Assembly: GCA_964016885.1 (NCBI GenBank)
Contig: OZ024753.1
Coordinates: 38,998,001-39,062,000 of the forward strand
Reading direction: 5' to 3'
Length of the DNA stretch: 64,000 nt
DNA from: Eledone cirrhosa
Lineage: Eukaryota
Below the pieces are notes generated by a model. That model ran no database searches. It had not been told where the DNA came from and was given only the letters and a program-made list of their open reading frames with translations. Positions 1 through 10,934 of the stretch are shown piece by piece. The first letter of the stretch is position 1. Each line of letters begins with the position of its first letter. The translations under genes were made by a program, and so were the position numbers.

Positions 1-37
<37 letters not shown>

Positions 38-82
38 ATATATATATATATATATACTAATATATATATATATATATATATA

Positions 83-127
<45 letters not shown>

Positions 128-178
128 ATATATATATACTAATATATATATATATATATATAAATATGTATATATATA

Positions 179-253
<75 letters not shown>

Positions 254-290
254 ACATATACTAATATATATATATATATATATATACTAA
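1..290. repeat. (TA)n microsatellite with TAC/TAA interruptions; one of dozens of TA/CA/TACA tracts in the window
   Basis: Direct reading of the sequence. Confidence 0.98.
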
Positions 291-544
291 TATTCTCAAT
301 AGTGATGTGAGAAATAATATGCTTATTGTTTTCTATTTCCTCTGCAGTTGTTAGCCCTACCTTCACACAGGTGTTGGTGTAGATTGTATGGAAATGTTGT
401 GAATGGTAGTCAATAATGTCTAAATAGTAGAAAGGAAGTGTGAGAGTATAAAATGGTGGAGAAACAATGAACAATCCTTTCGAAAATATCTTAGCTTATT
501 GTAAGTTTCTACAACGTATGTTTATGTTATCTGTTCTAGCCATT

Positions 545-1332
545 TGGATTGGCAGTATCGGTAGAGGGTCGGACGCCATGCTTTCCAGCATAGTTATGTC
601 CCTTTATGATCTGTGTTCAAATCCCGCCGAAGTTAACTTTGCCTTTCATCCTTACGGGGTCGATAAAATAAAGTACCAGTAATGCACTGGGTAATTTGCT
701 GGCCTTGTACCAAAAGTAGAAACAATTATATGAGATATGGCGGTGAATTGGCAGTATCGGTAGAGGGTCGGACGCCATGCTTTCCAGCATAGTTACGTCC
801 CTTTACGATCTGAGTTCAAATACCGCCGAGGTTGACTTTGCCTTTCATCCTTACGGGGTCGATAAAATAAAGTACCAGTAATGTACTGGGTAATTGCTGG
901 CCTTGTGCCAAAAGTAGAAACAATTATATGAGATATGGCGGTGAATTGGCAGTATCGGTAGAGGGTCGGACGCCATGCTTTCCAGCATAGTTACGTCCCT
1001 TTATGATCTGTGTTCAAATCCCGCCGAAGTTAACTTTGCCTTTATTCCTTACGGGGTCGATAAAATAAAGTACCAGTAATGTACTGGGTAATTGCTGGCC
1101 TTGTGCCAAAAGTAGAAACAATTATATGAGATATGGCGGTGAATTGGCAGTATCGGTAGAGGGTCGGACGCCATGCTTTCCAGCATAGTTACGTCCCTTT
1201 ACGATCTGAGTTCAAATACCGCCGAGGTTGACTTTGCCTTTCATCCTTACGGGGTCGATAAAATAAAGTACCAGTAATGTACTGGGTAATTGCTGGCCTT
1301 GTGCCAAAAGTAGAAACAATTATATGAGATAT
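545..1332 (+). mobile_element. Tandem array of 4 copies of SINE family A (tRNA-derived head, Meta-like body), 198-bp period
   Basis: Unit GGCGGTGAATTGGCAGTATCGGTAGAG...GAGTTCAAATCCCGCC (A/B-box-like)...GCCTTTCATCCTTACGGGGTCGATAAAATAAAGTACC...GGCCTTGTGCCAAAAGTAGAAAC. Starts at ~545, 739, 937 and 1135. Confidence 0.9.
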
Positions 1333-1359
1333 GGTAATGAAAGGGTAAAGTAATCATGC

Positions 1360-1481
1360 ATAATTGTTTCTACTTTTGGCACAAGGCTAGCAATTATCCC
1401 AGTGCATTACTGGTACTTTATTTTATCGACCCGTAACTCTTTGCGTCAAAGCATGGCGTCCGACCCTCTACCGATACTGCC
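1360..1481 (-). mobile_element. SINE family A copy with internal deletion
   Basis: Reverse complement of the family A unit; the central part is deleted between two CCGTAA-like microhomologies. Confidence 0.85.
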
Positions 1482-1920
1482 TGTAGAAGGTGTTTCCCCG
1501 GATGATGGTAAGGGAGAGCCACTTGAAGAGCCATTCCAACTCGCGAGGCGCACACATGCGCACACATGCGGCTGGCCAGCTCAGCGCCTATGGTGGTGAG
1601 TAGGGAGGGCCGAGGACACCGGAAGTCTCCACTGCCAAATGTACGACAGCGAACCTGTCGGAGCGCGACCGGTATTTGGAGAGTTTGGCCTCCTCAGCCC
1701 GACATGCAGCAGTACCTGGGTTAGTCGCAGACTGCATCAGGTTTCGGCTGGAGAAAGTGTCGCTGCAAGTGGCATCCCAGACGAGGAGTTTGCCACCGCG
1801 GAACGGGAAGATGGTCATGCCGTCGGACCTTTTGCCTTCCCCTCAGTGAAGCTCCACTGGCTCGAGCTGGGAAGGGCAGCCTGCAGCTGCTTTATGACCT
1901 CGTTGAGGGCAGCATCCACT
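1482..1920 (-). pseudogene. Fragment of a CRE-like non-LTR retrotransposon, C-terminal restriction-like endonuclease domain
   Basis: Frameshifted translation [68 protein letters not shown]../PRELEWLFKWLSLTIIRGN. This matches the RPDG...WD...K..KY...E..G...QRLS...RGN pattern of RLE domains; GC-rich island. Confidence 0.75.
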
Positions 1921-2399
1921 ACATGTAAACAAATAAGCAAACGTTTTACGAAGTGCTGAGAGAATTCGTGTTTTGAAAATATATTGGTAGCTTATTACAA
2001 GTTACAACAACGCAAGGTTAACTATAAAACGGCCGGAGAGGAGGAAAATGAAATGGACAGAAGAACCTGTGAGAATCGAACTCCCATCTATCGCATGCCG
2101 GACGGCTACGTTACCATCACGGAGGACAGGTGCGTGTTCGATTCCCTGTAGTGCCTCTTTCAGCTTTATTTTTAGAAACATCTATGATTACATTAACTAA
2201 TGTATACAACATTATTTTCAGAACGGTGCAGTGATATTTGAAGGGAATTTGGCTGCTATTTTCTGCAAGCTGAATGACCACATAGCGCCCTTCTTGGAAA
2301 TATAGTTTTTAGCGTGTCTCATATTTTGGGGACATTGATGCCGGGGTTAATTTTGTGTTTACATATTAATTTTAATTGTTTATCCAGTATATTAGGAGT

Positions 2400-3059
2400 G
2401 AGAGAAAGGGAGAGAGTATATATATATATAGAGAGAGAGAGAGTGACGGGCGAAAGAGAGAGAGAGAGAGTAGGAGAGAGATTGAGAGAGAAGTAGATAG
2501 AGAAAGAAGGGGAGTGAGTAAGAGAGAGAGAAAGTGCTGATGAATGAGAGGAGAGAGGTGAAGCTACTATTGAATGAAAATTTGAACGAAAGACTGAAAG
2601 AAACCATCGTGGGAAAATGAAGGAGGGAAAGAGAGAAAAATCTAAATCCAGGTAAGGAAGAAACTGAAAGAATAAATGAAGGAATCAAGAATGAATAAAG
2701 GAAAGAAAGGAAGAAGGAAAGTGACAGAGTAAGTGAGGAAAGAATAGGAAATAAAAAGGGGAAAAGGAAAGATGGGAACGAGGAATGTAAGAAGGAATGA
2801 AGGAAGAAAAATTAAACAAGAGAGAAAGAAAACAATTGAAAAATAAGAGGAGGAGGAGGAAGAGTAGAGAAGGAGAGGAGGAGGAGGTGGAGAAGAAGAA
2901 GAAGAAGAAGAAGAAGAAGAAGAAGAAGAAGAAGAAGAAGAAGAAGAAACAGAAGAATGTGATCTGAGGGAGGTTTGGCTACTATTTCTAGAAGGAGGTG
3001 CCCTGGTTGGCTTAACACAGAGGAAGAAGAAAGAATGTAGTGGCAGCTATAGCAGCAGC

Positions 3060-3109
<50 letters not shown>

Positions 3110-3404
3110 CAGCAGACGTAGTAGTAGCAGTAGCAGTAGCAGTAGTAGTAGTAGTAGCAGCAGACGTAGTAGTATTAGCAATAGTAGTAGTAGCAGCAGT
3201 AGTAGTAGTAGTAGTAGCAATAGTAGTAGTAGTAGTAGTAGTAGCAGCAGACGTAGTAGTAGTAGCAGTAGCAGTAGCAGTAGTAGTAGTAGTAGCAGCA
3301 GACGTAGTAGTAGTAGCAATAGTAGTAGTAGCAGCAGTAGTAGCAGCAGTAGTAGCAATAGTAGTAGTAGCAGCAGACGTAGTAGTAGTAGCAGTAGCAG
3401 CAAC

Positions 3405-3437
<33 letters not shown>

Positions 3438-3628
3438 TGTTGATTGTTGCTGTTGTTGCTGTAGTAGTAGTAGTAGTTGTTGTAGTTGTACTAGTAGTAG
3501 TGGTAGTAGTAGTAGTAACAATAATTGTTGTTGTTGCTGTAGTAGTAGTAGTTGTTGTTGTTGTTGTTCTAGTAGTAGTGGTAGTAATAGTAGTAGTAGT
3601 AGTAGTAACAATAATTGTTGTTGTTGCT

Positions 3629-3676
<48 letters not shown>

Positions 3677-3771
3677 ATTGTAGTTCTAGTAGTGGTGGTG
3701 ATGGTGGTAGTATTAGTAATAGGAGTTGTAGTTGTAGTGGTTGTAATTGAGAAGCGAAAGTGCTGGGCTTA

Positions 3772-3829
<58 letters not shown>

Positions 3830-4500
3830 TGGAGGGTGAGGTATGAGGGGGAGGAAAGGGTGGAGGTAGAGGTGAAAACAAGAGGGAGTAATATGTGCGA
3901 GTGAGCAGCAAATCTTCCGCATCGAAGCGAATCGAGAAAAAGAAGAAGAAGAAGAAGAAGAAGAAGAAGAAGAAGAAGAAGAAGAAGAAGAAGAAGAAGA
4001 AGAAGAAGAAGAAGAAGAAGAAGAAGAAGAAGAAGAAGAAGAAGAAGAAGAAGAAGAAGAAGACAACGACCACCAGTAACAACAACAGCAATGACAATAG
4101 CAACAATAACAAAAATCAAGCTTTGCAGTTGGGATTGGGGATGGTGTTGTGAAGGTTTAGTGGTGGTGGCGGTGTTGAGTGTGTGGTGAAGGAGTTAAAG
4201 AAAGAACAGTCACTCATCGCCCCCTCATATTCTATCTCTCTCTCCCTCTCCCTCTCTATCTCTCGCTCTCCCTCTCTCTCTCCCTCTCTCACTCTTTTTC
4301 TTTTCTCTCTGATTCCTTTTCTTATTCTCTCTCTTCCTGAAACTTCTTATTCCCTCCTCTTTCTCTCTCCCTATTACTGTCTGTCCCCTTCTCTCCCTAT
4401 TACCCTCCCCCATCTCTCTCTCTCTCCCTACTACTCTCTCTCCCTATTACTCTCCCTCTCTCTCTCCTCTCCCAACACCGTCACGCCATCTCCTCCCTCT
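2400..4500. repeat. Compound simple-repeat block: GA-rich, (GAA)n 2891-2948 and 3938-4063, (GTA/GCA/GTT)n 3037-3830, CT-rich 4230-4500
   Basis: Direct reading of the sequence. Confidence 0.95.
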
Positions 4501-4708
4501 ATAATACACACCACTAACTTCTGGCAGATTAAATCAGTCAATCGTAAACTTCAGTTTGCCAATTGATGTCTTCTTCTTCTTCTTCACACTGACCAAGAAA
4601 AGCTGCTAAACGCCAAGTTTTATCTTTCTTTCTCTACCTAACACTTACCGCCTTTTAATGCAACTTTCTAAACTACTACACACACACACACACACATATA
4701 TATATATG

Positions 4709-4999
4709 TACTACCCTAAGTATTGAGTACTTTGGTGCGTTATGGTCCACCTGGTTCCTTACCACATTTCCTTCGTTATATATGTATATATATAGTAAAA
4801 ATTATGACCCCGACGGCAGAGCTCAAGCCGATTGCGACGGCTATTTCTGGACTGCTATTTCAGTCCAGAAATAGCCGTCGAAACGGCTTGAGCTCTGCCG
4901 TCGGGGTCATACTTTTTCCTATTACCCACTCTACTACCCTAAGTATTGAGTACTTTGGTGCGTTATGGTCCACCTGGTTCCTTACCACATTTCCTTCGT

Positions 5000-5001
<2 letters not shown>
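4709..5001 (+). mobile_element. (TA)n-embedded hairpin element family H: 3' fragment 4709-4778 plus copy 4796-5001
   Basis: ~50-bp-arm hairpin TATGACCCCGACGG...CCGTCGGGGTCATA (4803-4911), followed by tail ACTACCCTAAGTATTGAGTACTTTGGTGCGTTATGGTCCACCTGGTTCCTTACCACATTTCCTTCGTTA. Related copies at 5892-6088 and 47320-47503. Confidence 0.75.
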
Positions 5002-5047
<46 letters not shown>

Positions 5048-5052
<5 letters not shown>

Positions 5053-5228
5053 GTTTCTACTTTAGGCACAAGGCCAGCAATTACCCAGTGCATTACTGGT
5101 ACTTTATTTTATCGACCCCGTAAGGATGAATGGCAAAGTCAACCTCGGCGGGATTTGAACTCAGATCGTAAAGGGACGTAACTATGCTGGAAAGCATGGC
5201 GTCCGACCCTCTACCGATACTGCCAAAT
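5048..5228 (-). mobile_element. SINE family A
   Basis: Reverse complement of the unit at 739-936. Confidence 0.9.
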
Positions 5229-5312
5229 AATGGAAGAAATACCAATGAAGGTGGGAAGGACTAATTTTATTCATACGTAACCCATTTGCAACCACGCAGC
5301 ACGCCATTTTTC

Positions 5313-5398
<86 letters not shown>

Positions 5399-5667
5399 GA
5401 AAATTTGAACAGGAACAAAACAAAGAGGCAGTACAACGAATGTTTATTAATTTCACGCTCTTGAGAGTGGGGTATATATATATATATACATGTGTGTGTG
5501 TGTAAATCTACGTGCATAAGTGTGTTTATATGTATTTGGTATAACCATATAGTAACTTTATATATAAAGTTATATCTATATAAATACAGACTGGGTAACC
5601 GAGGCTGCACCAATGTATATAGTCCCGTAGAATCCATTTCTATATTAAATACTATATATATATAGTG

Positions 5668-5885
5668 AAGGCGTGTGGCTGAGTGGTTAGAGAATTGGAT
5701 TCGCAATCGTAAGGTTGTGAGTTCGATTCCTGGACCAGGCGATGCGTTATGTCCTTGAGCAAGACACTTTATTTCACGTTGCTCCTTCTACCTGGAGTTG
5801 CGACCGATAGATAGTATTAGCAATTGGAAAGACCAACGGAAACATTGTTCCCTCGGTCCGATTTGACGAAAAGTCGATCGTTCCT
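5668..5885 (+). mobile_element. SINE family B (tRNA head + CORE-like domain), tail type 1
   Basis: TGGCTGAGTGGTTAG (A box), GAGTTCGATTCC (B box) and CORE-like GTCCTTGAGCAAGACACTT. Copies at 20625-20828, 53372-53586 and 63033-63250. Confidence 0.88.
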
Positions 5886-5891
5886 TATATA

Positions 5892-6087
5892 TAGGAAAAG
5901 AATCAGGACCCCGACGGATGAGCTCCGGCTGTTTCGACTGCTAGATCTGTTCGGATCTAGCTGTCGAATCAGTCGGAGGTCAGCCGTCGGGTTCCTGACT
6001 CTTTTCAAATTACCCACACTACTACCCATAGTATCGAGTACTCTGGTGCGTTATGGTCCACCTGGTATCTTACCACACTTTCTTTGT

Positions 6088-6088
<1 letters not shown>
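5892..6088 (+). mobile_element. (TA)n-embedded hairpin element family H, diverged subfamily
   Basis: GACCCCGACGG...CCGTCGGGTTC long hairpin, and a tail homologous to 4920-5001. Confidence 0.7.
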
Positions 6089-6112
<24 letters not shown>

Positions 6113-6118
<6 letters not shown>

Positions 6119-7105
6119 AAAGTTTGTCCTTCATCAGTGATCTTCCAACTATCATAGGCATTTCATCGCTTTAAAGACCATATACCTCCGGTTGGTGCGA
6201 GCAACGGCTGGTCTTTATTCTCTCGTTCACGATTTCACCGAACTTAAATTCATAGAAATCTGGAACTTGTCTCCTTCTTCCTCACTTTCTGTTGCTTCAC
6301 CATTTTGTTTGTTTACCCTCGCGTCCCCTTTATTTACGTGTCCCAACGACTTTTTTTAGCCGTTGCTCGCACCAACCGGAGGTATATGGTCTTTAAAGCG
6401 ATGAAATGCCTATGATAGTTGGAAGATCACTGATGAAGGACAAGCTTTTTCATATGTATCCCATTTGCAACTCCGCAGCGCCCTTATTATCATATTTACA
6501 CATATTTTTTCCTCTGCTGCTACACCGTCTTTTTCGTTCTATGTATCTTTACCCTTTCTAGCAGTCTCTCTCTCTGTTAGCCTCTTCCTCACCCTTCACT
6601 CACTCATTCTCTGTCACTACCTCTCCTCCTCCGCTTTCTTCCCGTTTGACCTGTGAGTAATTCTTTTCTCTAACATTCTCGGCCAAGCTGGTCGGAATTT
6701 TTTCTCTCTCGTCTACGATTTCACAGAACTTATGTTTACCGAATTCGCAGACCAGACCCCTTCTTCCTCCCGTTAGACCTCTGCGAAATTCCTTCCTTGC
6801 TCACATTTCAACCAGGTTTGATGGTCTTTATTCTCGTTCACGATTTCGCCGAACTTAAATTCATAGAAATCTGGGACTTGTCTCCTTCTTCCTCACTTTC
6901 TGTTGCTTCACCATTTAGTTTGTTTACCCTCGTGTCCCCTTTATTTACGTGTCCCAACGACTTTTTTTAGCCGTTGCTCGCACCAACCGGAGGTATATGG
7001 TCTTTAAAGCGATGAAATGCCTATGATAGTTGGAAGATCACTGATGAAGGACAAACTTTTTTCATATGTAACCCATTTGCAACTCCGCAGCGCCCTTATT
7101 ATCAT
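6113..7105 (+). mobile_element. Non-coding element with ~285-bp direct terminal repeats and a 5' inverted segment (Penelope-like pLTR / retrozyme-like architecture), flanked by (TA)n
   Basis: Inverted segment 6113-6209, repeat 1 6210-6496, unique pyrimidine-rich core 6497-6821, repeat 2 6822-7105. CTGATGA in each repeat; 3'-end fragments at 5240-5312 and 47504-47592. Confidence 0.8.
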
Positions 7106-7213
7106 ATATATATATATAAAGAGAGAGAAAGAGAGAGAGAGCGAGAGAGGTAGAACACTGGAAGGTAATATCCGTAGTGGTAGAGCACTCAGTCCATGGG
7201 ACGAGTTTGGTAG

Positions 7214-7298
7214 AAGTAGTAACACAACAGTTAGTTCACCATACCGAGAACAATGAAACAATTGTTCTCGGTATGGTGAACTAACTGTTGTGTTACTA

Positions 7299-7301
<3 letters not shown>
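7214..7301. repeat. Perfect 41-bp-arm inverted repeat abutting (TA)n
   Basis: AAGTAGTAAC...GAGAACAAT / loop GAAACA / ATTGTTCTC...GTTACTACTT. Confidence 0.9.
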
Positions 7302-7363
<62 letters not shown>

Positions 7364-7397
7364 TGTATATATATATATATCATGTATATATATATAT

Positions 7398-7627
7398 ATA
7401 TTGTTATACTTTGGGAGGGTCATGTTACCAATAAGAAACACACGCACCATTTGCATTCACTCCAATTTATTATAAATTAAAAAACATTTTAATTTATAAT
7501 AAATTGGAGTGAAAGCTACTGGTGCGTGTGTTTCTTATTGGCAACATGACCCTCCCAAAGTATAACAATATCGGTTTCAACACACGTTTTCAGATAAAGA
7601 ATCTTGCTAAACAAATTCAGAAACGAA

Positions 7628-7630
<3 letters not shown>
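7398..7630 (+). mobile_element. (TA)n-embedded fold-back element (~85-bp arms)
   Basis: Arms 7398-7482 and 7487-7571; the left arm recurs at ~12291-12360. Confidence 0.75.
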
Positions 7631-7664
<34 letters not shown>

Positions 7665-7668
<4 letters not shown>

Positions 7669-7839
7669 TAAACGGAATAGAAAATGCTGACAAATTGTTC
7701 ACAGTTGAAAAATAGTTTAATTAGGAATAAAAGAGTATTAGTAATTGTATGGGCTAGTATTCAGTTGTGAACAATTTGTCAGCATTTTCTATTCCGTTTA
7801 CCAATATATAATAACTTGTGTGTTACACCTCTATTCTTT

Positions 7840-7844
<5 letters not shown>
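7665..7844 (+). mobile_element. (TA)n-embedded element with 5' inversion
   Basis: TTGGTAAACGGAATAGAAAATGCTGACAAATTGTTCACA is inverted at 7766-7805; second copy at 61665-61805. Confidence 0.75.
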
Positions 7845-7908
<64 letters not shown>

Positions 7909-8354
7909 ATCGACACACTTTTATTACTTTTCTGTATAAAATAATTTTTGCCTAGGTAATACACATCCTTATCTAATTCTTAGCTCTTGAGACACGTTTA
8001 GTAGCCTTAAAAATATATTTCTATAACCATTGAACACTCAGCACTAGCCGATCACATTAAGTGAATGCGTATCCACATACAAAATTATCCTTTTGTTTCA
8101 ACGTCTGGGATTCCTTACATGTTGAGTAAATATTAGCAATCAACCTCGATTTGGTAAATTTGTTTTACCTTTTGTGGATTTCAGAGAGCCGGGTGACGTT
8201 ATACGTTTTGCAAATCCAGGTATTCACAATTTTCCCCCATTTTTGAATTGGCACCTGTTAATTGGCACTCTATTAATATAAACCAGGACTCTGAGAAACA
8301 CAAGTGTAGCGGAATGATGTTCTCTTGTATTATATTTTTATCCTTGTACCTTAA

Positions 8355-8536
8355 CCCTTTAACATTTACATTTCTCAATATATACTATTGTATTTTCATG
8401 TTAAACACCTTATTTCACATAATTATCTCACATAATATGAAATCTATGAGATTTTGATACCATTTATTCTGAGAAGAATACCTTAACATAAGTATGAGTA
8501 TCTGGTTACAGAAATCTGGCCGGATATGCTAAAGGG
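8355..8536. mobile_element. piggyBac-type MITE
   Basis: TTAA|CCCTTTAACAT...ATGCTAAAGGG|TTAA, i.e. TIRs with TTAA flanks. Homologous copy at 32748-32968. Confidence 0.8.
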
Positions 8537-8769
8537 TTAATCTTATACTTAATTTTATACTTAATAGAATTCATACTGTCTTTTAAAACCGTAATTTTGA
8601 ATTAAAATAAAGTTTATATTTCTCTATTTTTAAATAACTGACACATTTGTTTTTGAGTGGTTATATGAAATTGTACGTTATAGAAATGATAATTTTTAAG
8701 AGAAAAATTAAGCATATTTACAATTCAAAGTGAACATAAATCAAATAATTCCATGGGGATTTTCTTATA

Positions 8770-8803
<34 letters not shown>

Positions 8804-9123
8804 GATACACACACATATATATATATATATATATGTATATATGTGTGTGCATGAGTGTGTTAGTGAGTATGTACATGCCAGTTTGTCGTGTGTTTTATAT
8901 AAATAATATATAAATATATATATGTATGTGTGTGTGTGTGCGTGTGCATGTGTGTGTGTGTGTGAGAGAGAGAGACAGTGCGCGAGCGAGCGTTAGTGAG
9001 CGAGTGTGCCTGGTGCATGTATGTTTGTATATTTCTATCACATTGTTCCAGCTCTTTTTCTTTAAGTATCGGTCTTTAATTATGTATCTAGTGTTTCAAA
9101 CATAACTTAACGTGTTCTAATAT

Positions 9124-9385
9124 ATGCAAAAGTTCTATTTAAATTGTTGGGATACAACAAGCAAATATTTTACTAATATAAGTAAACAAATCCACTATCC
9201 CTGATGTCTTCCAAAAGTAACGGTTGCATTTTGAAAGGGTATGTCAATATTTATTTATAAAACTGGTATATATTGTATTTTGTCTGATGAAAGCATACCA
9301 TAATTTAACATGGTATCCTTGAAATATGTATAATAAAATAGATATGGTTTTATAAATATAGTTTCCATTTGTTAATATCGTGTTC
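9124..9385 (+). mobile_element. Hammerhead-bearing short element, copy 1 (copy 2 at 16921-17257, -)
   Basis: Colinear homology with the reverse complement of 16921-17257. Confidence 0.75.
9276..9340 (+). ncRNA. Minimal type I hammerhead ribozyme
   Basis: TATTTTGT-CTGATGA-AAGCATACCAT[AATTTAAC]ATGGTATCCTT-GAAA-TATGTA-TA-ATAAAATA; 8-bp stem I, 10-bp stem II with one C-C mismatch. Confidence 0.75.
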
Positions 9386-10022
9386 TAATATAAATATTTT
9401 TTTACCTAACACTTTCCTAGCGATTTATTCACAGTTGTATAAATGACATTACAAATATGATGGATGGCTTTTAAGAAACACATTAAAATAAACAGTTTTG
9501 TTGTGTAAAACCAGGGGTGGTTTTGAGGTTGATTGGTATCAAAAGCGTTTTAAATATATTTGAATTACTGAAAGGTTTTCTAACACATTACATCAAAGAC
9601 GCGTTACCGAAACTGGTGGAAAGATTGCGTCTTTCTTTTGTTTCCAGTTATCAAAAGTACATATCAGTTGGTCATTTAGTTTGATCACAGTCGGTCACTT
9701 TATACAGTTTTCAAATAATTTAACGCGTAAAACCGACTTTCTAAAGATTTGAAAAAATCTTGGCTAAATCAAGAGTGACTTATTTACTGAGTATGCAAGC
9801 GTCACAAGTAATCCAGCTTGTTGTTATGACGTAGAAGAAAACGAGAACACCGCTGTGAATTGAAAAATAATTAGAGAATTTACAGTTTCTAGGACATGGT
9901 GTAAATCTATCAAACATTGTAACCGGCTTACAATGAGTGGTAACTCATAAAACAATCTTATTTTGCGGTTGATAAATAAAGTACCATTTCACTACAGGTG
10001 TAGTTTCTTCCTCTATAGGTCT

Positions 10023-10128
<106 letters not shown>

Positions 10129-10142
10129 ATATCTATATATAT

Positions 10143-10798
10143 CTAAGGCGGGTAAAATTCCCGAGATCCATGGACAAGTTCTCTCCAGCGGTCTCTGTCC
10201 CTCATTATCGCTGCCATGTCCTGCATCTCCAACAGACCAGTGTCTGTCCTTAGGGCATCAACATACGTTAACCTTGGTCTTCCTCTTCTAGTGTGTCCAT
10301 GTAGGGGTTCCCACAGGAGTACTGAGTGCAATGTCAACTCTGGATGTCGGTGAGCATGTCCAGCTAACCTCAGTCTCCTCTGTGTCACTTTTGAGCTGAC
10401 TTTTGGGATGCTCCCATGCAGCTCTGAGTTTTTCATCCTCAGTGTATACTGATTAATGTTCAGAGCCATCCTTAGCATTCTCGTGTAGCACCCATCCACC
10501 ATCTGAGTGAGTTTCTTGGTCAGTGTCCAAGTCTCAGACCCATACAGCAGCACAGACTCCACTACAGCAATGAAGAGGCGGATTTTCAGGTCTCTACGAA
10601 GGTCCAACTTCCACACCGATCTCAAGCTGTGGCACGCCGCCCAGGCCTTGCTCTTCCTCTCAACCACATCATCCTCCATATTCCCAATCTTTGCTCCCAA
10701 ATACAGGAAGTCCTCAACCAATTCCAGCGGCTTCCCGCCTACATTAGTGATCCCCTCTGGCTTCTCAACATTCTCTACCAGATATTTTGTTTTAGTCT
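10143..10798 (-). pseudogene. RTE-clade LINE 3' fragment (post-RT C-terminus), 5'-truncated
   Basis: KTKY...LELVEDFLYLG...KIRLFIAVVESVLLYGSETWTLT...RRLRLAGH...RRGRPRLTYVD...DRDRWR; ends directly in a (TAGA/TA)n tail. Confidence 0.9.
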
Positions 10799-10934
10799 CA
10801 TATATATATATGAATGTATGTATAGTATATTTGGCGATATACCGTATGTTTAATTAAAAACATTTAGAAAACTATACACTATCAGTTTTAAAGCAGTGAC
10901 TATGTCATTTCTTTTCGGCGAAAGAAAGGAGAGA

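Noticed and set aside
545-1332. Regular repeat array as a possible CRISPR
   Set aside because: The units are 198-bp SINE copies with no unique spacers, there are no cas genes, and the context is eukaryotic.
2064-2150. tRNA-like GTTCGATTC boxes on both strands
   Set aside because: No complete cloverleaf; probably decayed tRNA-derived repeat pieces. The same applies to 28455-28640 and ~46820.
5668-5740. SINE heads as tRNA genes
   Set aside because: They continue into CORE-like or Meta-like bodies and occur as dispersed, diverged copies.
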